Source: Candidatus Obscuribacterales bacterium
GTDB lineage: Bacteria > Cyanobacteriota > Vampirovibrionia > Obscuribacterales > Obscuribacteraceae
Reading direction: 5' to 3'
NCBI GenBank assembly: GCA_965228855.1
Contig: CBDDIJ010000003.1
Coordinates: 1,120,001 to 1,184,000, forward strand
DNA length: 64,000 bases
Shown here: positions 9,999-20,508 of the stretch, in pieces
How positions within the stretch are numbered: position 1 is the stretch's first letter
How the letters are laid out: each line of letters starts with the position of its first letter
Notes under the pieces: generated by a model
Seen by the model: the letters and a program-made list of their open reading frames with translations, nothing else
Database searches by the model: none
What the model was told of the DNA's origin: nothing
Position numbers and translations under genes: made by a program

Positions 9999-11591
9999 AT
10001 GTCGTTCAAACACAAATTCGGATTTGTTAAGGTTGCAGCCGGTCTGACACTAGCATTCGCTCTTTGCCCAGATGCACTTGCCGATCAGTCAACATGGCGA
10101 AAGCTCATGGATGACGGCGCAGCATCCTATAAGTCCGGAAATTATCCAGCCGCGATAAAAAGCTACGGGGATGCCGCCGAGCAGGCGGTTAACTACGAAA
10201 AGGCAGACGAGGATCGTGCCACCACCCTTAATGACATTGGCCTTGTTTTCGAAGACATGAAGGACTACGGGAAAGCGCAAAAATACTTCATTGACTCGAT
10301 TGAATTGAAGAAAAAAAGTCTTGGTTCCAACCACTACGCATTGGTTGCACCGTTGAATAATCTTGCTGATTCCTATTTGCGCGAGAAAAAATACGATGAA
10401 GCAATTGTCACGATTAAGGAAGCCAATGATGTGATCGAAAAGTCGAAGGGTGCTGCGGATCCGGCTTTGACACTGAACCTCAATCGTCTCGCCGGCGCGT
10501 ACCAAGCGCAAAAAAAATATCAGGAAGCTGCCGATGCACTGACGCGCTCCCTTGAAATTGCTAAGAAAAACTTTGGCGATAAACATCCTGCAGTCGCTGT
10601 CATTCAAAACAACCTGGCACTGGTAAAGCGTTTTCTTGGGCAAGCCGACGAGGCCGACAAATTGTATAAGGACAGCCTGCAAATTCGTCAAGATGCCCTT
10701 GGGGGCGAGAGTTTGGAAGTTGCGAGTAGCTTAAACACGATGGCCTTGAACTATCGTGAGCAACAGAAATTCGACGAAGCGGAACCATTACTCGCTCGCT
10801 CGCTGGAAATTGTTCGTAAGGCACCAGATGCGACACCACAGCAGAAAGTTGCAGCCCTGAAAAACTTGGGTTTGGTTTATCGCGAATTGGGCTCTCCGGA
10901 AAAGGCCAAGCCTCTCTACGAAGAAGCAGTCGCAATGCAAATCAAGGAGTTTGGAGCTGATGATTTCCAACTCATTGATACATACGCGGACATGGGTCAG
11001 ATGGACCAGGAGCTTGAAGATTACGATGGGGCTAAAAAGGTTTTTGAGCGAGCCCTCGAGATTTGCGATAAGGTTGGCACACAGGCTGATAGTCTGAGAT
11101 TAAAGGTAATGGACCGTCTTGAGGACACCTATCGTCAGACGGACGACCTTACCGGAGCGATGAGACTTAACGATCGCGTTCGTGCCTTGATCGAGGCGCG
11201 GGGCGGCACCGTCGACAATAAGTCCCTTGCCCGTAAACTAAATGACCAGGCCATGCTATATAGACAACAAGGCGATCTGGATAAGGCTGAGGATTTTCTG
11301 AAGCAAGCCTTGGCTGTCGACCAGAAGCGCTCGGAGAAAGCAACTCCCGAATCTAGCACCTATATGAGCAACCTTGCTCGGATTTACGAGCAACGAGGCA
11401 ACTGGGAAGAAGCGAGGAAACTGTATAAATCAGCGCTCGAAATTCGAGAGCTGACTGAAGGAGACGACCCCTCAGCAATTGCAGCGACCCTGAGGCATTA
11501 TGCCAAAGTGCTCAGGCAGTTGAACTTAAAAGCTGAAGCCGACACGGCCGATAAACGAGCCGAGAAGATTGAGGATGCTGCCGGGGAATAG
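9999..11591 (+). CDS. Secreted TPR-repeat protein
   Basis: Signal peptide ending ALA; repeated LNNLA..Y..Q.KY.EA..AL.I units. Confidence 0.88.
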   Translation: MSFKHKFGFVKVAAGLTLAFALCPDALADQSTWRKLMDDGAASYKSGNYPAAIKSYGDAAEQAVNYEKADEDRATTLNDIGLVFEDMKDYGKAQKYFIDSIELKKKSLGSNHYALVAPLNNLADSYLREKKYDEAIVTIKEANDVIEKSKGAADPALTLNLNRLAGAYQAQKKYQEAADALTRSLEIAKKNFGDKHPAVAVIQNNLALVKRFLGQADEADKLYKDSLQIRQDALGGESLEVASSLNTMALNYREQQKFDEAEPLLARSLEIVRKAPDATPQQKVAALKNLGLVYRELGSPEKAKPLYEEAVAMQIKEFGADDFQLIDTYADMGQMDQELEDYDGAKKVFERALEICDKVGTQADSLRLKVMDRLEDTYRQTDDLTGAMRLNDRVRALIEARGGTVDNKSLARKLNDQAMLYRQQGDLDKAEDFLKQALAVDQKRSEKATPESSTYMSNLARIYEQRGNWEEARKLYKSALEIRELTEGDDPSAIAATLRHYAKVLRQLNLKAEADTADKRAEKIEDAAGE

Positions 11592-11663
11592 TTTCTATAC
11601 GGGTCGGAAGACGGAATTTGCTGGAGCGATGTCGGTGGGACCTGGCACATGGAGACTTGAGTA

Positions 11664-12146
11664 ATGAAATGCCGTCAAACTTTGGGGACTTTGTTCGCTG
11701 TTGTCTGCGTTGTTGGTTTGTTTGCAGGAGCTGCTGGGGCCGCTGATGAGGGCGGAGACAAGACTGGTGCAGGCGGCGACAAGCCGTCCGGACCGACTTT
11801 TAGTGGAAACGTATCCTGGTACGGTCCAGGATTCGACGGCAAGAAGACCGCCTCCGGCGAAATCTTCGACATGAAGAAGAGCACCGCTGCGCACTTGAAG
11901 CTGCCATTTCAGACCAAAGTTTTAGTCGAGAATCCCCGTACCGGGAAATCGGTCGTGGTGAGAGTAAATGACCGCGGTCCCTACGCGAAGAAGCGCGTTA
12001 TGGACCTATCGAAGGGTGCCGCTCAAAAGCTAGGCACTCTTCTCGGGGGAGTGGCATTCGTCGAATGCACCGTAATCGGTAAGGATGCGAAAGTGAGTAT
12101 GATCAACCCACTCATAATTTCGCAGGTTGACCCTAATCTTCGCTAA
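11664..12146 (+). CDS. rlpA: RlpA-like septal lytic transglycosylase (DPBB domain)
   Basis: SWYGPGFDGKKTASGE, AAHLKLPF, VRVNDRGPY, MDLSKGAA. Confidence 0.9.
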   Translation: MKCRQTLGTLFAVVCVVGLFAGAAGAADEGGDKTGAGGDKPSGPTFSGNVSWYGPGFDGKKTASGEIFDMKKSTAAHLKLPFQTKVLVENPRTGKSVVVRVNDRGPYAKKRVMDLSKGAAQKLGTLLGGVAFVECTVIGKDAKVSMINPLIISQVDPNLR

Positions 12147-12189
12147 GCCAGTCTGACTCCGGCAATCTGCAAGTTCGAGCGGGAAGCTT

Positions 12190-12486
12190 TTAGAAGTGTT
12201 TGCCACCATCGGCGGTACTTCTAACTGTCACTTCAACGCGTCGAGGCTGGAATGAGGTAGTTTGGAACCAAACTGCCAGACAAGAGCCTGCAAATATGAC
12301 TGCGATTGAACCGAGCGTGGCTGAGAAATTATCGAGACCGAGGTGTACGGCAAAGTTTCGCATTAAGATGGCGGCTGCGATTACGAACATCACCGCAAGC
12401 GTTTCCGAGAGCGTGAGAATTGATGTCGCTTTAGTAACTCTGGGAGGACGTTGCAAATCTGTCCTATTGAAATAGTCTTCGGCCAC
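12190..12486 (-). CDS. Small two-TM hypothetical protein
   Basis: GTG start with GGAGG RBS; two hydrophobic helices. Confidence 0.6.
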   Translation of the reverse strand: MAEDYFNRTDLQRPPRVTKATSILTLSETLAVMFVIAAAILMRNFAVHLGLDNFSATLGSIAVIFAGSCLAVWFQTTSFQPRRVEVTVRSTADGGKHF

Positions 12487-12686
12487 TATCCAACCTCCAA
12501 GCGAAGAAACGTTCGGCGCAGAATGCGCGCTTAAGCGCTAATTGACACCGAGAAATCATTACTTCTCGACTATACATTGCCCCACTTGATAACGGCGCGG
12601 ATATTAGGCTGAGTTTAATAATTGGGAAACCGAAACGGCGCTCTCGTTTAAAACAGAGAGCACCTATCTAGCAGATCAAGGATTGA

Positions 12687-13436
12687 CTACCAACCCTTTT
12701 TGTCGGTACCCATGATCTTCTTGATGACTTTCCCAATCGGATCGTAGAACTCATCAACAACCCGCTCCTTCAATGGAATGATGGCGTTGTCGGTAATGTG
12801 AATCTCTTCCGGGCAAACTTCTGTGCAGCATTTTGTGATGTTGCACATACCGATATGACCTTCGTCCTTGAGATACTGCATACGGTTGGCAGTGTCTTTC
12901 GGGTGCATCTCGAGACCGGCAGTTCTAACTAAGAAGCGCGGACCCATGAATGCATCTTTACGATCGTGGTCGCGCAAAACGTGGCAAACGTTTTGGCAAA
13001 GGAAGCACTCGATGCACTTACGGAATTCCTGAACGCGGTCAATGTCTTCTTGATGGATGATCCACTCTTTGTCGTCCGGCGCGGGCGAGAAGCCTTTGAT
13101 CTTTTTGTTGACTTCATAATTCCACGAGACGTCGGTGACTAGATCCTTGATGATCGGGAAGGTTTTGATCGGAGCAACTCTGATTTCTTCGCCTTCTTCG
13201 AAGCGATCCATCCGAGTCTTGCACATCAAGCTGGGCATGCCGTTGACTTCAGCACTGCAAGAGCCGCATTTTGCAGCTTTGCAATTCCATCGCACGGCAA
13301 GATCCGGCGAGTCTTTTGCTTGGATAGCGTGGATGGCATCAAGCACAACCATGCCTTCTTCGACCTGGACTTCGTAGTCTTTGAACTCTCCGGCGTCCGC
13401 TGTCCCGCGATAAACTTTGAGTTTGGCTTTACGCAT
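12687..13436 (-). CDS. sdhB: Succinate dehydrogenase/fumarate reductase Fe-S subunit
   Basis: CKAAKCGSC..C, CIECFLCQNVC and CNITKCCTEVCP Fe-S motifs. Confidence 0.93.
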   Translation of the reverse strand: MRKAKLKVYRGTADAGEFKDYEVQVEEGMVVLDAIHAIQAKDSPDLAVRWNCKAAKCGSCSAEVNGMPSLMCKTRMDRFEEGEEIRVAPIKTFPIIKDLVTDVSWNYEVNKKIKGFSPAPDDKEWIIHQEDIDRVQEFRKCIECFLCQNVCHVLRDHDRKDAFMGPRFLVRTAGLEMHPKDTANRMQYLKDEGHIGMCNITKCCTEVCPEEIHITDNAIIPLKERVVDEFYDPIGKVIKKIMGTDKKGW

Positions 13437-13449
13437 TACTTGGAACTCC

Positions 13450-15261
13450 TTATTTCTTGTCTGCTTCGAAGAGTTTCTTCAAATCTTCTGGCATCGCCGG
13501 TAGTGGCGTGTGCTCCAGCTTCATCTGGTCGCCATCTTTCGAGACGGCGGTGTTGACCGTTGCCCATTTACCTTTGTCGGTGTCGGGGAAGTCCAGGCGG
13601 CTGTGCGCTCCGCGGCTCTCAGGACGAGAGTTTGCGCTGCGTGCGATTGCTTCGGCCGAGACGATCATGTTTTTCAAGTCTCTGCAAAGGTGCCAGCCAG
13701 GATTAAACCGCTTGTCGCCTTTGACAGCGACTTTGGCTATCTCCTTCTTGAGCTCCTGCAATTTCTCTATGCCGATTTCCATCTCTTTCGCTTCGCGGAA
13801 AATTCCTACGTGGGCGTCCATTATGTTATTCATCTGTTTCGCCACGTCGTAAGGATTGGGTCCTTCGCGATGGAAAGGCGCTTCTAGTTCTTCAATCGCA
13901 GCTTCAATATCTTTCTCGTTGATTGAAGGAAAACCGCCAAGCTGTTTTGCATAATCAGAAGCGCCGGCTCCAGCTCTTCGACCGAACACAATCAGGTCGG
14001 ATAGTGAGTTACCGCCGAGTCGGTTTGCGCCGTGCATTCCGCCGGCACACTCACCTGCTGCGAACAAGCCGGGAACGCGAGTTGCTGCGGTGTCAGCTTC
14101 GACTCTGATACCACCCATGATGTAGTGGCAGGTCGGTCCCACTTCCATGGGACCCGCAGTGATATCAACATCAGCTAGTTCTTTAAACTGGTGGTACATC
14201 GAGGGAAGCTTTTTCTTGACGCGATCCGGATCCTGATAGGAGATGTCCAGGAATACGCCGCCGTGCGGGGAGCCTCTTCCTTCCTTGTTCTCGATGTAGA
14301 TGGCTCGAGCGACGTTGTCGCGTGTAGACAGCTCAGGTGGTCTGCGCGCTTCGGTTCTTTTACCGGCAATCGCTGCTTCAACCCACTCTTTAGCTTCGGC
14401 TTCATCCGCAGCGAATCCGTCCTTCGTCGATTCCGGCAAGTACTTCCACATGAAGCGCTCGCCTTTGCTGTTGCGAAGGATGCCGCCTTCTCCTCTAACA
14501 CCCTCTGTGACGAGAATGCCGCGAACGCCTGGGGGCCAGACCATTCCCGTGGGGTGGAATTGAACAAATTCCATATCGATCAGATCTGCTCCAGATTCGT
14601 AAGCAAGACCTTGACCGTCTGAAGTGTATTCCCAGGAGTTTGACGTGACTGAGTAAATTTTTCCTACGCCGCCTGTGGCAAGTACGATGGCTTTTGCTTT
14701 GAATAAGACATAGCGTCCGTCTTCGCGGTAGTAGCCGAACGCGCCGGAAATCTTATCGCCGTCTTTAAACAATTTCGAGATTGTGCATTCCATGTAAACG
14801 GTGATGCCTTGATGAACGCCCTGGTCCTGGAGCGTTCTTATCATCTCCAAGCCGGTTCTATCTCCGACGTGACAAAGGCGTTTCCACTTATGTCCGCCGA
14901 ATGCGCGCTGAAGAATTCGGCCGTCTTTTGTTCTGTCAAAAACCGCGCCCCAACGCTCGAGTTCGCGGACCCGGTCCGGTGCTTCCTGGGCATGCAGTTG
15001 AGCCATGCGCCAGTTGTTGAGCAGTTTGCCGCCGTTCATCGTATCTTTGAAGTGTGTTTCCCAGCCGTCTTGCGGGTCCACGTTCGCTAAAGCCGCAGCC
15101 ACGCCGCCTTCAGCCATAACCGTGTGGGCTTTACCGAGGAGTGATTTGCAAACCAGACCAACGTTCAAACCCATAGCCGACACTTCGATCGCGGCTCGGA
15201 GTCCAGCCCCGCCGGCTCCAATCACTATGACGTCGTGTTCATGTGTTTCGTAAGTAGCCAT
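13450..15261 (-). CDS. sdhA: Succinate dehydrogenase/fumarate reductase flavoprotein subunit
   Basis: GAGGAG, AHTVMAEGG covalent-FAD motif, QFHPT, HYIMGG, HGANRLGGNSL, ESRGAH. Confidence 0.95.
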   Translation of the reverse strand: MATYETHEHDVIVIGAGGAGLRAAIEVSAMGLNVGLVCKSLLGKAHTVMAEGGVAAALANVDPQDGWETHFKDTMNGGKLLNNWRMAQLHAQEAPDRVRELERWGAVFDRTKDGRILQRAFGGHKWKRLCHVGDRTGLEMIRTLQDQGVHQGITVYMECTISKLFKDGDKISGAFGYYREDGRYVLFKAKAIVLATGGVGKIYSVTSNSWEYTSDGQGLAYESGADLIDMEFVQFHPTGMVWPPGVRGILVTEGVRGEGGILRNSKGERFMWKYLPESTKDGFAADEAEAKEWVEAAIAGKRTEARRPPELSTRDNVARAIYIENKEGRGSPHGGVFLDISYQDPDRVKKKLPSMYHQFKELADVDITAGPMEVGPTCHYIMGGIRVEADTAATRVPGLFAAGECAGGMHGANRLGGNSLSDLIVFGRRAGAGASDYAKQLGGFPSINEKDIEAAIEELEAPFHREGPNPYDVAKQMNNIMDAHVGIFREAKEMEIGIEKLQELKKEIAKVAVKGDKRFNPGWHLCRDLKNMIVSAEAIARSANSRPESRGAHSRLDFPDTDKGKWATVNTAVSKDGDQMKLEHTPLPAMPEDLKKLFEADKK

Positions 15262-15310
15262 TTTCTTTCCTTAACTGAATTACAAAGTCTCAAGCACTAT
15301 CAGCGTTTTT

Positions 15311-16060
15311 CTAGAACAGAACACCCGGGGGGATTATTTTGGCCGCGACGGATCTGATGTACAAATCGGTGAGACCGACTGAGAAGAGGCTTGCCCATGC
15401 CCAGCCCTGGTGGTGTTCGTTCAGTTTGGTCACGAAGTGCCAAATCCGGAACTGAGCTTTTTGCTGTTCTGTTTTGCTGAAGCAACTAACCGCGCCGCCG
15501 CAAAGATGGCGCCAGGCATGGCAGCCGAATGTGTAGCCGGAGAGCAGGTAGCAGTTTAAGCACATGAACAATGATAAGAGCGAGACCGTAAAGCGACCAT
15601 CTGGTGCGCGGAACGATATGATTGCGTCATACCAGAGAACCAGTAAAACGATTGCAGCGCAGTAGAAAAAGTAGCGATGCATGTTTTGAAGAATAAACGG
15701 AAATTTGGTCTCGCCACTATATCCGGTGCCACTGGTTCCCATGACGGCGCAACCAGGAGGTGTCATGAAGTATGCGCGGTAATAGGCTTTTCTGTAGTAG
15801 TAGCATGTCGCGCGGAAACCGGCTGGAATCCAGAGGATTAGAATTGCCGGTGAAAAATGCCACCAGTCAAAAGCCAACTTGGGCGAGTAGAACGGAGAGA
15901 GATACTGATCAACTTCGAAATAATTGTTCTCGAATGTGCGGAACGTCGCATATGCGATGAACACGCCGAATCCCACCGCAACCATCAGTGGATTCGCCCA
16001 CCAGTTGTCCGTTCGCGCTGTGCGCCCTGGATGTGCTTTGCTTTCAATCGTATTAGTCAT
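15311..16060 (-). CDS. sdhC: SDH membrane anchor, actinobacterial Sdh1 (Rv0249c-like) type
   Basis: About 5 TM helices; YLSPFYSP, FRATCYYYRKAYYRAYF..PPGCAV, NMHRYF, GCHAWRH, WAWASL..DLYIR; first gene of the sdh operon. Confidence 0.85.
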   Translation of the reverse strand: MTNTIESKAHPGRTARTDNWWANPLMVAVGFGVFIAYATFRTFENNYFEVDQYLSPFYSPKLAFDWWHFSPAILILWIPAGFRATCYYYRKAYYRAYFMTPPGCAVMGTSGTGYSGETKFPFILQNMHRYFFYCAAIVLLVLWYDAIISFRAPDGRFTVSLLSLFMCLNCYLLSGYTFGCHAWRHLCGGAVSCFSKTEQQKAQFRIWHFVTKLNEHHQGWAWASLFSVGLTDLYIRSVAAKIIPPGVLF

Positions 16061-16571
16061 TAGGGAATCCTTCTCTTTGCAGGATTTGTTTCTTCTGAAA
16101 CCGGCTCAGATAATGACAACACGTGTGCGGCGCTACGAGAACTCTCACAGCGCCAGCGATGTACATGAAGTAAACACGATTGCCTTGGTAAACCTTGAAC
16201 CGAGCGAAGATGAGCCCTCGCGCGACAACTTTTTAGCAGCGCTTAGCTTCTCTATCACTATTAATTATATCAACTACAACCTGCTCTAATCTCGCTTTAA
16301 ACCTTTTGCACGATCACATACAGACGATATCCAATCGATTCTTAAGTGCGGTTAACCTGCGGAAGTTTCCCATCTAGAGCCACTTTCAGCGGACCTCCTG
16401 TTGGCAACAAGCTGGAACCTGGCGAAAAAAATGGCGTCTTTTTAATCGGTTGACGCTGCCTAAAACTCACAACAAAGATGTTGATCCAGGGGTTGAGCGA
16501 ACAATCAAAAGCGGCTCGACAACCTGTCCGACACGGCTCCGTGAGCCATGGTGCGAACCAAAGAGGATGAG

Positions 16572-16865
16572 ATGAAAAAGAAAGCTGAATCGCAAGCAAC
16601 CACTTATAAAAGAAGGAAGCCGAAAACACATATCGAAACAGATCGCCGTTACGTAATGGAGCGTTTGGATCAATCGCTTCCTCTGGTTACGGAAGACTGG
16701 AATCGAGTTGAGCAAATGCTCAATTTGCTGACCGAGTTCGCGCCGAGTGGAATGGTTACGGAACTTGCCAACGCCATCGCTAGCTATGCTGACGACCAGG
16801 CTCGTCGCGGCTACGTACTCGGACAGGAAGACCTGGTAAGAGAGCTGCGTCGCCGCGTGGCGTAA
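16572..16865 (+). CDS. Small hypothetical protein
   Basis: ATG with GAGGA RBS; protein-like helical composition. Confidence 0.6.
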   Translation: MKKKAESQATTYKRRKPKTHIETDRRYVMERLDQSLPLVTEDWNRVEQMLNLLTEFAPSGMVTELANAIASYADDQARRGYVLGQEDLVRELRRRVA

Positions 16866-16940
16866 TGGTCTTCGATGACGGCTTGAAGGTCGGTGAGAGG
16901 ACTTGAGCTAAAGTCGCTTTTAGCGGATAAACTTACATAA

Positions 16941-17900
16941 GTGCGAAGTCGCCAAGAGTCTACCATCGAAGTGGGATTGCCAAGAGTGGCGCGCAAGCTG
17001 TTTCACCGCTGGAGTTTCGATTTGTCGGCCGAGTTGATTACCGGATTTGTAATGGTCACAGCCATGTACTTCGTCCTGGCTCCCCGGTTCAACACATACC
17101 TCTATAGAGCGTTGCTGTTTTTTCCCTCCCGATTCCCTCCCGACTTTGAAGGTGTTCCGGCGCTCGAGTGTGTTGCTGGTGAAGACGTCTACTTCAAAGG
17201 GAGCATGGGGCAGACTCTCAACGGGTGGTACTTTCACAAGGGTGACAGCGAATATCACATTCTGTTCAGTCACGGTAACTCTGGAAACCTGACTATCCGC
17301 CACCATCTGACAAAGTTGATGCTGCGATCTGGATACTCAGTGTTTGTCTACGACTATCAGGGCTTCGGTAGGAGCAGCGGCAAACCTACTATTCATGGGA
17401 TCTGTAGCGATGGTGAAGCCGCTTATGATTATCTCGTGAACGAACGAGGTGTCGATCCCAGCAAAATCGTTCTCTATGGAGAGTCTCTAGGATGTTCGGT
17501 TGCGTCGCATTTGTCGACGGTACGCTCGTGCCAGGGATTGATCCTTCAATCCGGTTTCTCTTCTCTTGTGCGCATAGCATGCAAGCATTTTCCGCTGCTC
17601 TATGCTTATCCGCCGTCTCTGTATCCGAAGCCGGCGCTCGATAACTTGACTATTGTGAAAAACTCGAAGGTGCCACTTCTCTTTATTCATGGGGATCTCG
17701 ACAGAGTCATTCCCGTTCAACACGCAGTTGATATGTACGAGGCTGCTCCTGGTGTGAAACATTTTGTGCGCTTGCCAGGCACCGCCCATGGTGACATATG
17801 GAGTACGGCCGAGAAAGAATACCTGGATGCACTCGGTGCATTCCCGCAGAATTTCGCTCCGCTAACAGCGTCTCAATCCGTCGATCGTTATCCTGTTTAA
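16941..17900 (+). CDS. Alpha/beta hydrolase (ABHD12/13/17-like) with N-terminal TM helix
   Basis: SHGNSGN, YDYQGFGRSSGKP, YGESLG, IHGDLDRVIP, GTAH; start uncertain. Confidence 0.88.
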   Translation: MRSRQESTIEVGLPRVARKLFHRWSFDLSAELITGFVMVTAMYFVLAPRFNTYLYRALLFFPSRFPPDFEGVPALECVAGEDVYFKGSMGQTLNGWYFHKGDSEYHILFSHGNSGNLTIRHHLTKLMLRSGYSVFVYDYQGFGRSSGKPTIHGICSDGEAAYDYLVNERGVDPSKIVLYGESLGCSVASHLSTVRSCQGLILQSGFSSLVRIACKHFPLLYAYPPSLYPKPALDNLTIVKNSKVPLLFIHGDLDRVIPVQHAVDMYEAAPGVKHFVRLPGTAHGDIWSTAEKEYLDALGAFPQNFAPLTASQSVDRYPV

Positions 17901-18080
17901 AGCTTCAAATCCTCGAAGAGCATTATCACGCTCGCCTCAAGAATCATTTCCTGGCAGCATGATGTGGTATTCACTGCAAGTTCACGCCTGGCCTGTTAAT
18001 TTCGTATTAGCAGGTGGGAACCGACACGATTCATACCCGTCACGTAACCAACTTTCCCAATCGAAAAAATCGGAGAAACA

Positions 18081-20480
18081 ATGGTAGATTCACGTAATCC
18101 CAATCTCTCGGCTGGAGCGACCAATTTCGCAAGTTCTGAGGAGGGTTGGCGCCAGAATCTGGGTCGGTCTAATCTAAACGGATTGCGGACTTGCTGGTTC
18201 ACAGGCAAGGAACCGGTCTATGGGAAGTGTCCAGGAGTTCGTGCAGATGGATCTATCACTTCGCTGCCGATGCCTGATCTCTCAACATGCACGAGAGACG
18301 AAGTGCGAGATTACTTTGATAACTCATGGACGATAACCGAGATATTGTTCTCCGCTCTGAATCAGGAGGAGGCGTTTTATCGACCTCCCTATCATACGCT
18401 TCGCCATCCGCTAATTTTCTACTACGGTCATCCGGCTGCTTTGTACGTCAACAAACTGCGTGTGGCCGGACTGATAGATTCAGCGATCAATTGGAACTTT
18501 GAGAGCCTGTTTGAGACAGGCGTTGACGAGATGTCCTGGGATGACATGTCGAAAAACGAAATTGTTTGGCCTCGAATTGAGCTGGTCCATGAATTTCGGA
18601 AAAAGGTTTATGAAACTGTATGTGGTGTCATAGAGGACCATCCGGACCTGGCAGTCGGTCATGGACTTATAGATCAGCAGCATCCGCTGTGGGCGCTGTT
18701 TATGGGCTTCGAGCACGAGAGAATTCATATTGAAACCACTTCAGTCTTGATCAGGGAATTACCCGTAGATCTTGTCGAAGTTCCTCTGCATTGGCCATCG
18801 TTGCATTCGTCCGCTCACCAGGATGAAGTTGCCGTTCCCCTGACAGGTCGAGATTTCCCTGATAACCACATGGTTTTAATCGATCCTCAAATCGTGGAGA
18901 TCGGTAAACCGGCAGAATTCCCTTCGTATGGTTGGGACAATGAGTACGGACATAAGCTAGCATCTGTTGCTGAGTTCGAGGTCAGCACGCAGCTGATTAG
19001 CAATGGCGAGTTTTATGCATTCGTTTCCACTGGTGGCTACTCAGATAAGTCATTCTGGACCGAAGAAGGTTGGAGATGGCGCGCTTATCGAAACACTAAA
19101 TTCCCCACATTCTGGGTTCCTTCCGGACCGATTGGATCTCATCGCTATCGGTTGCGCACCACATTTGAGGTCATCCCGATGCCCTGGTCCTGGCCGGTTG
19201 TAGTAAATCACTATGAGGCGAAGGCGTTTTGCAACTGGTTGGCGAGTCGGGATTCAAAAGGGCGCAACCATCGCTTGATTTCAGAGCAAGAGCACCAGGC
19301 TATTCGGAAGAAAGCCGGCATATCGAATTACTCTGCCGACTCTTGTCCCGCCAATCTTGACCTGAGATGGGGATCTGAGTCACCGGTCTACTCGCATCCG
19401 ACCGAGATCGGAATTTCGGATGTATTCGGAAACGTCTGGCAGTGGTGCGAGGATGACTTCAATCCGCTACCGGAATTTCGCATTCATCCATACTATGACG
19501 ATTTCAGCACACCCTGCTTCGACGGCGAGCACAAAATGATAATGGGTGGGTCGTTCATTAGTACGGGAGACGAAGCTTCGCCCTGGGCTCGTTTTCACTT
19601 CCGTCCACACTTCTTTCAGCACGCTGGTTTCAGAGTAGTATCCAGTTCTGTCACCAATGATGGTGGCGCAGTTCTTATTGGTAAAGGCGACGAGCATCCA
19701 TATGAAACTCAGAAGATGCTCTCTGATTACCTGTTGCTGCACTTCGGTGATTCAGAGCAGCAGATGCCTTTTATGAACGAGCTTAATGGAGCGACGAAAT
19801 TTCCCAAGCGCTGTTCTGACCTGGTCACTGAATGGGCTGACAAGATCGGTTTGACTTGTAACCGCGCTCTCGATATTGGTTGCGCAGTAGGTGGTGCGTC
19901 ATTTGAACTTGCCAAATCTTTCAGGAGTGTGACCGCGGTCGATATCAGTCAGAAATTCATCGAGACAGCAAACTCATTGAAGAAGACAGGAGAGTTAGCG
20001 TTCGAACTCGTTGAAGAGGGTCAAATTACTTCCAGCCATCACGTTCGCATCGATGACTTAGACAGAGATAGAGTGGAATTTCGCAGAGCGGATGCATGCT
20101 CTCTTCCACCGGAGTTTGTAGATTTCGACGCAGTTCTAATCGCAAACGTTCTATGTCGAATCTCAAGTCCAATGTCGCTTCTTAATCGACTTGCCGGAGA
20201 CCGCGGAATTGTGAAACCAGGAGGGCTAGTGGTTATGACCACTCCGTTTACCTGGATGGAAGAATTCACTCCGCGCGAAGTATGGCTCGGTGGCTTTGTC
20301 GACAAGGACGGAGCTCCGAGATATTCAATTGACGGGTTGAAAAAAGCGATGTCACCTCACTTTGAACTTCTGCACGAAGCTGACATGCCTCTACTTATTA
20401 GAGAGCACCGCCGGAAGTATCAGTTAATTTTCACAAAAGCAACGGTATGGCAGCGCAAATCACAGGATGTTTCGAACTAG
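18081..20480 (+). CDS. ovoA: 5-histidylcysteine sulfoxide synthase with C-terminal methyltransferase (ovothiol synthase)
   Basis: RHPLIFYYGH, GVDEMSWDD, EHERIHIET (HX3HXE iron motif), YGWDNEYG, GNVWQW, FRPHFFQHAGFR; MTase ALDIGCAVGGASFELA. Confidence 0.93.
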   Translation: MVDSRNPNLSAGATNFASSEEGWRQNLGRSNLNGLRTCWFTGKEPVYGKCPGVRADGSITSLPMPDLSTCTRDEVRDYFDNSWTITEILFSALNQEEAFYRPPYHTLRHPLIFYYGHPAALYVNKLRVAGLIDSAINWNFESLFETGVDEMSWDDMSKNEIVWPRIELVHEFRKKVYETVCGVIEDHPDLAVGHGLIDQQHPLWALFMGFEHERIHIETTSVLIRELPVDLVEVPLHWPSLHSSAHQDEVAVPLTGRDFPDNHMVLIDPQIVEIGKPAEFPSYGWDNEYGHKLASVAEFEVSTQLISNGEFYAFVSTGGYSDKSFWTEEGWRWRAYRNTKFPTFWVPSGPIGSHRYRLRTTFEVIPMPWSWPVVVNHYEAKAFCNWLASRDSKGRNHRLISEQEHQAIRKKAGISNYSADSCPANLDLRWGSESPVYSHPTEIGISDVFGNVWQWCEDDFNPLPEFRIHPYYDDFSTPCFDGEHKMIMGGSFISTGDEASPWARFHFRPHFFQHAGFRVVSSSVTNDGGAVLIGKGDEHPYETQKMLSDYLLLHFGDSEQQMPFMNELNGATKFPKRCSDLVTEWADKIGLTCNRALDIGCAVGGASFELAKSFRSVTAVDISQKFIETANSLKKTGELAFELVEEGQITSSHHVRIDDLDRDRVEFRRADACSLPPEFVDFDAVLIANVLCRISSPMSLLNRLAGDRGIVKPGGLVVMTTPFTWMEEFTPREVWLGGFVDKDGAPRYSIDGLKKAMSPHFELLHEADMPLLIREHRRKYQLIFTKATVWQRKSQDVSN

Positions 20481-20508
20481 CCCAGCGCAGTAAACGCGTA
20501 TCGGTTAG

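Noticed and set aside
16061..16540. Fourth Sdh1 gene (Rv0250c-like) upstream of sdhC
   Set aside because: Only short, non-protein-like minus-strand ORFs are present
18081..20480. Ergothioneine EgtB/EgtD call
   Set aside because: RHPLIFYYGH, GVDEMSWDD and the C-terminal methyltransferase are OvoA features
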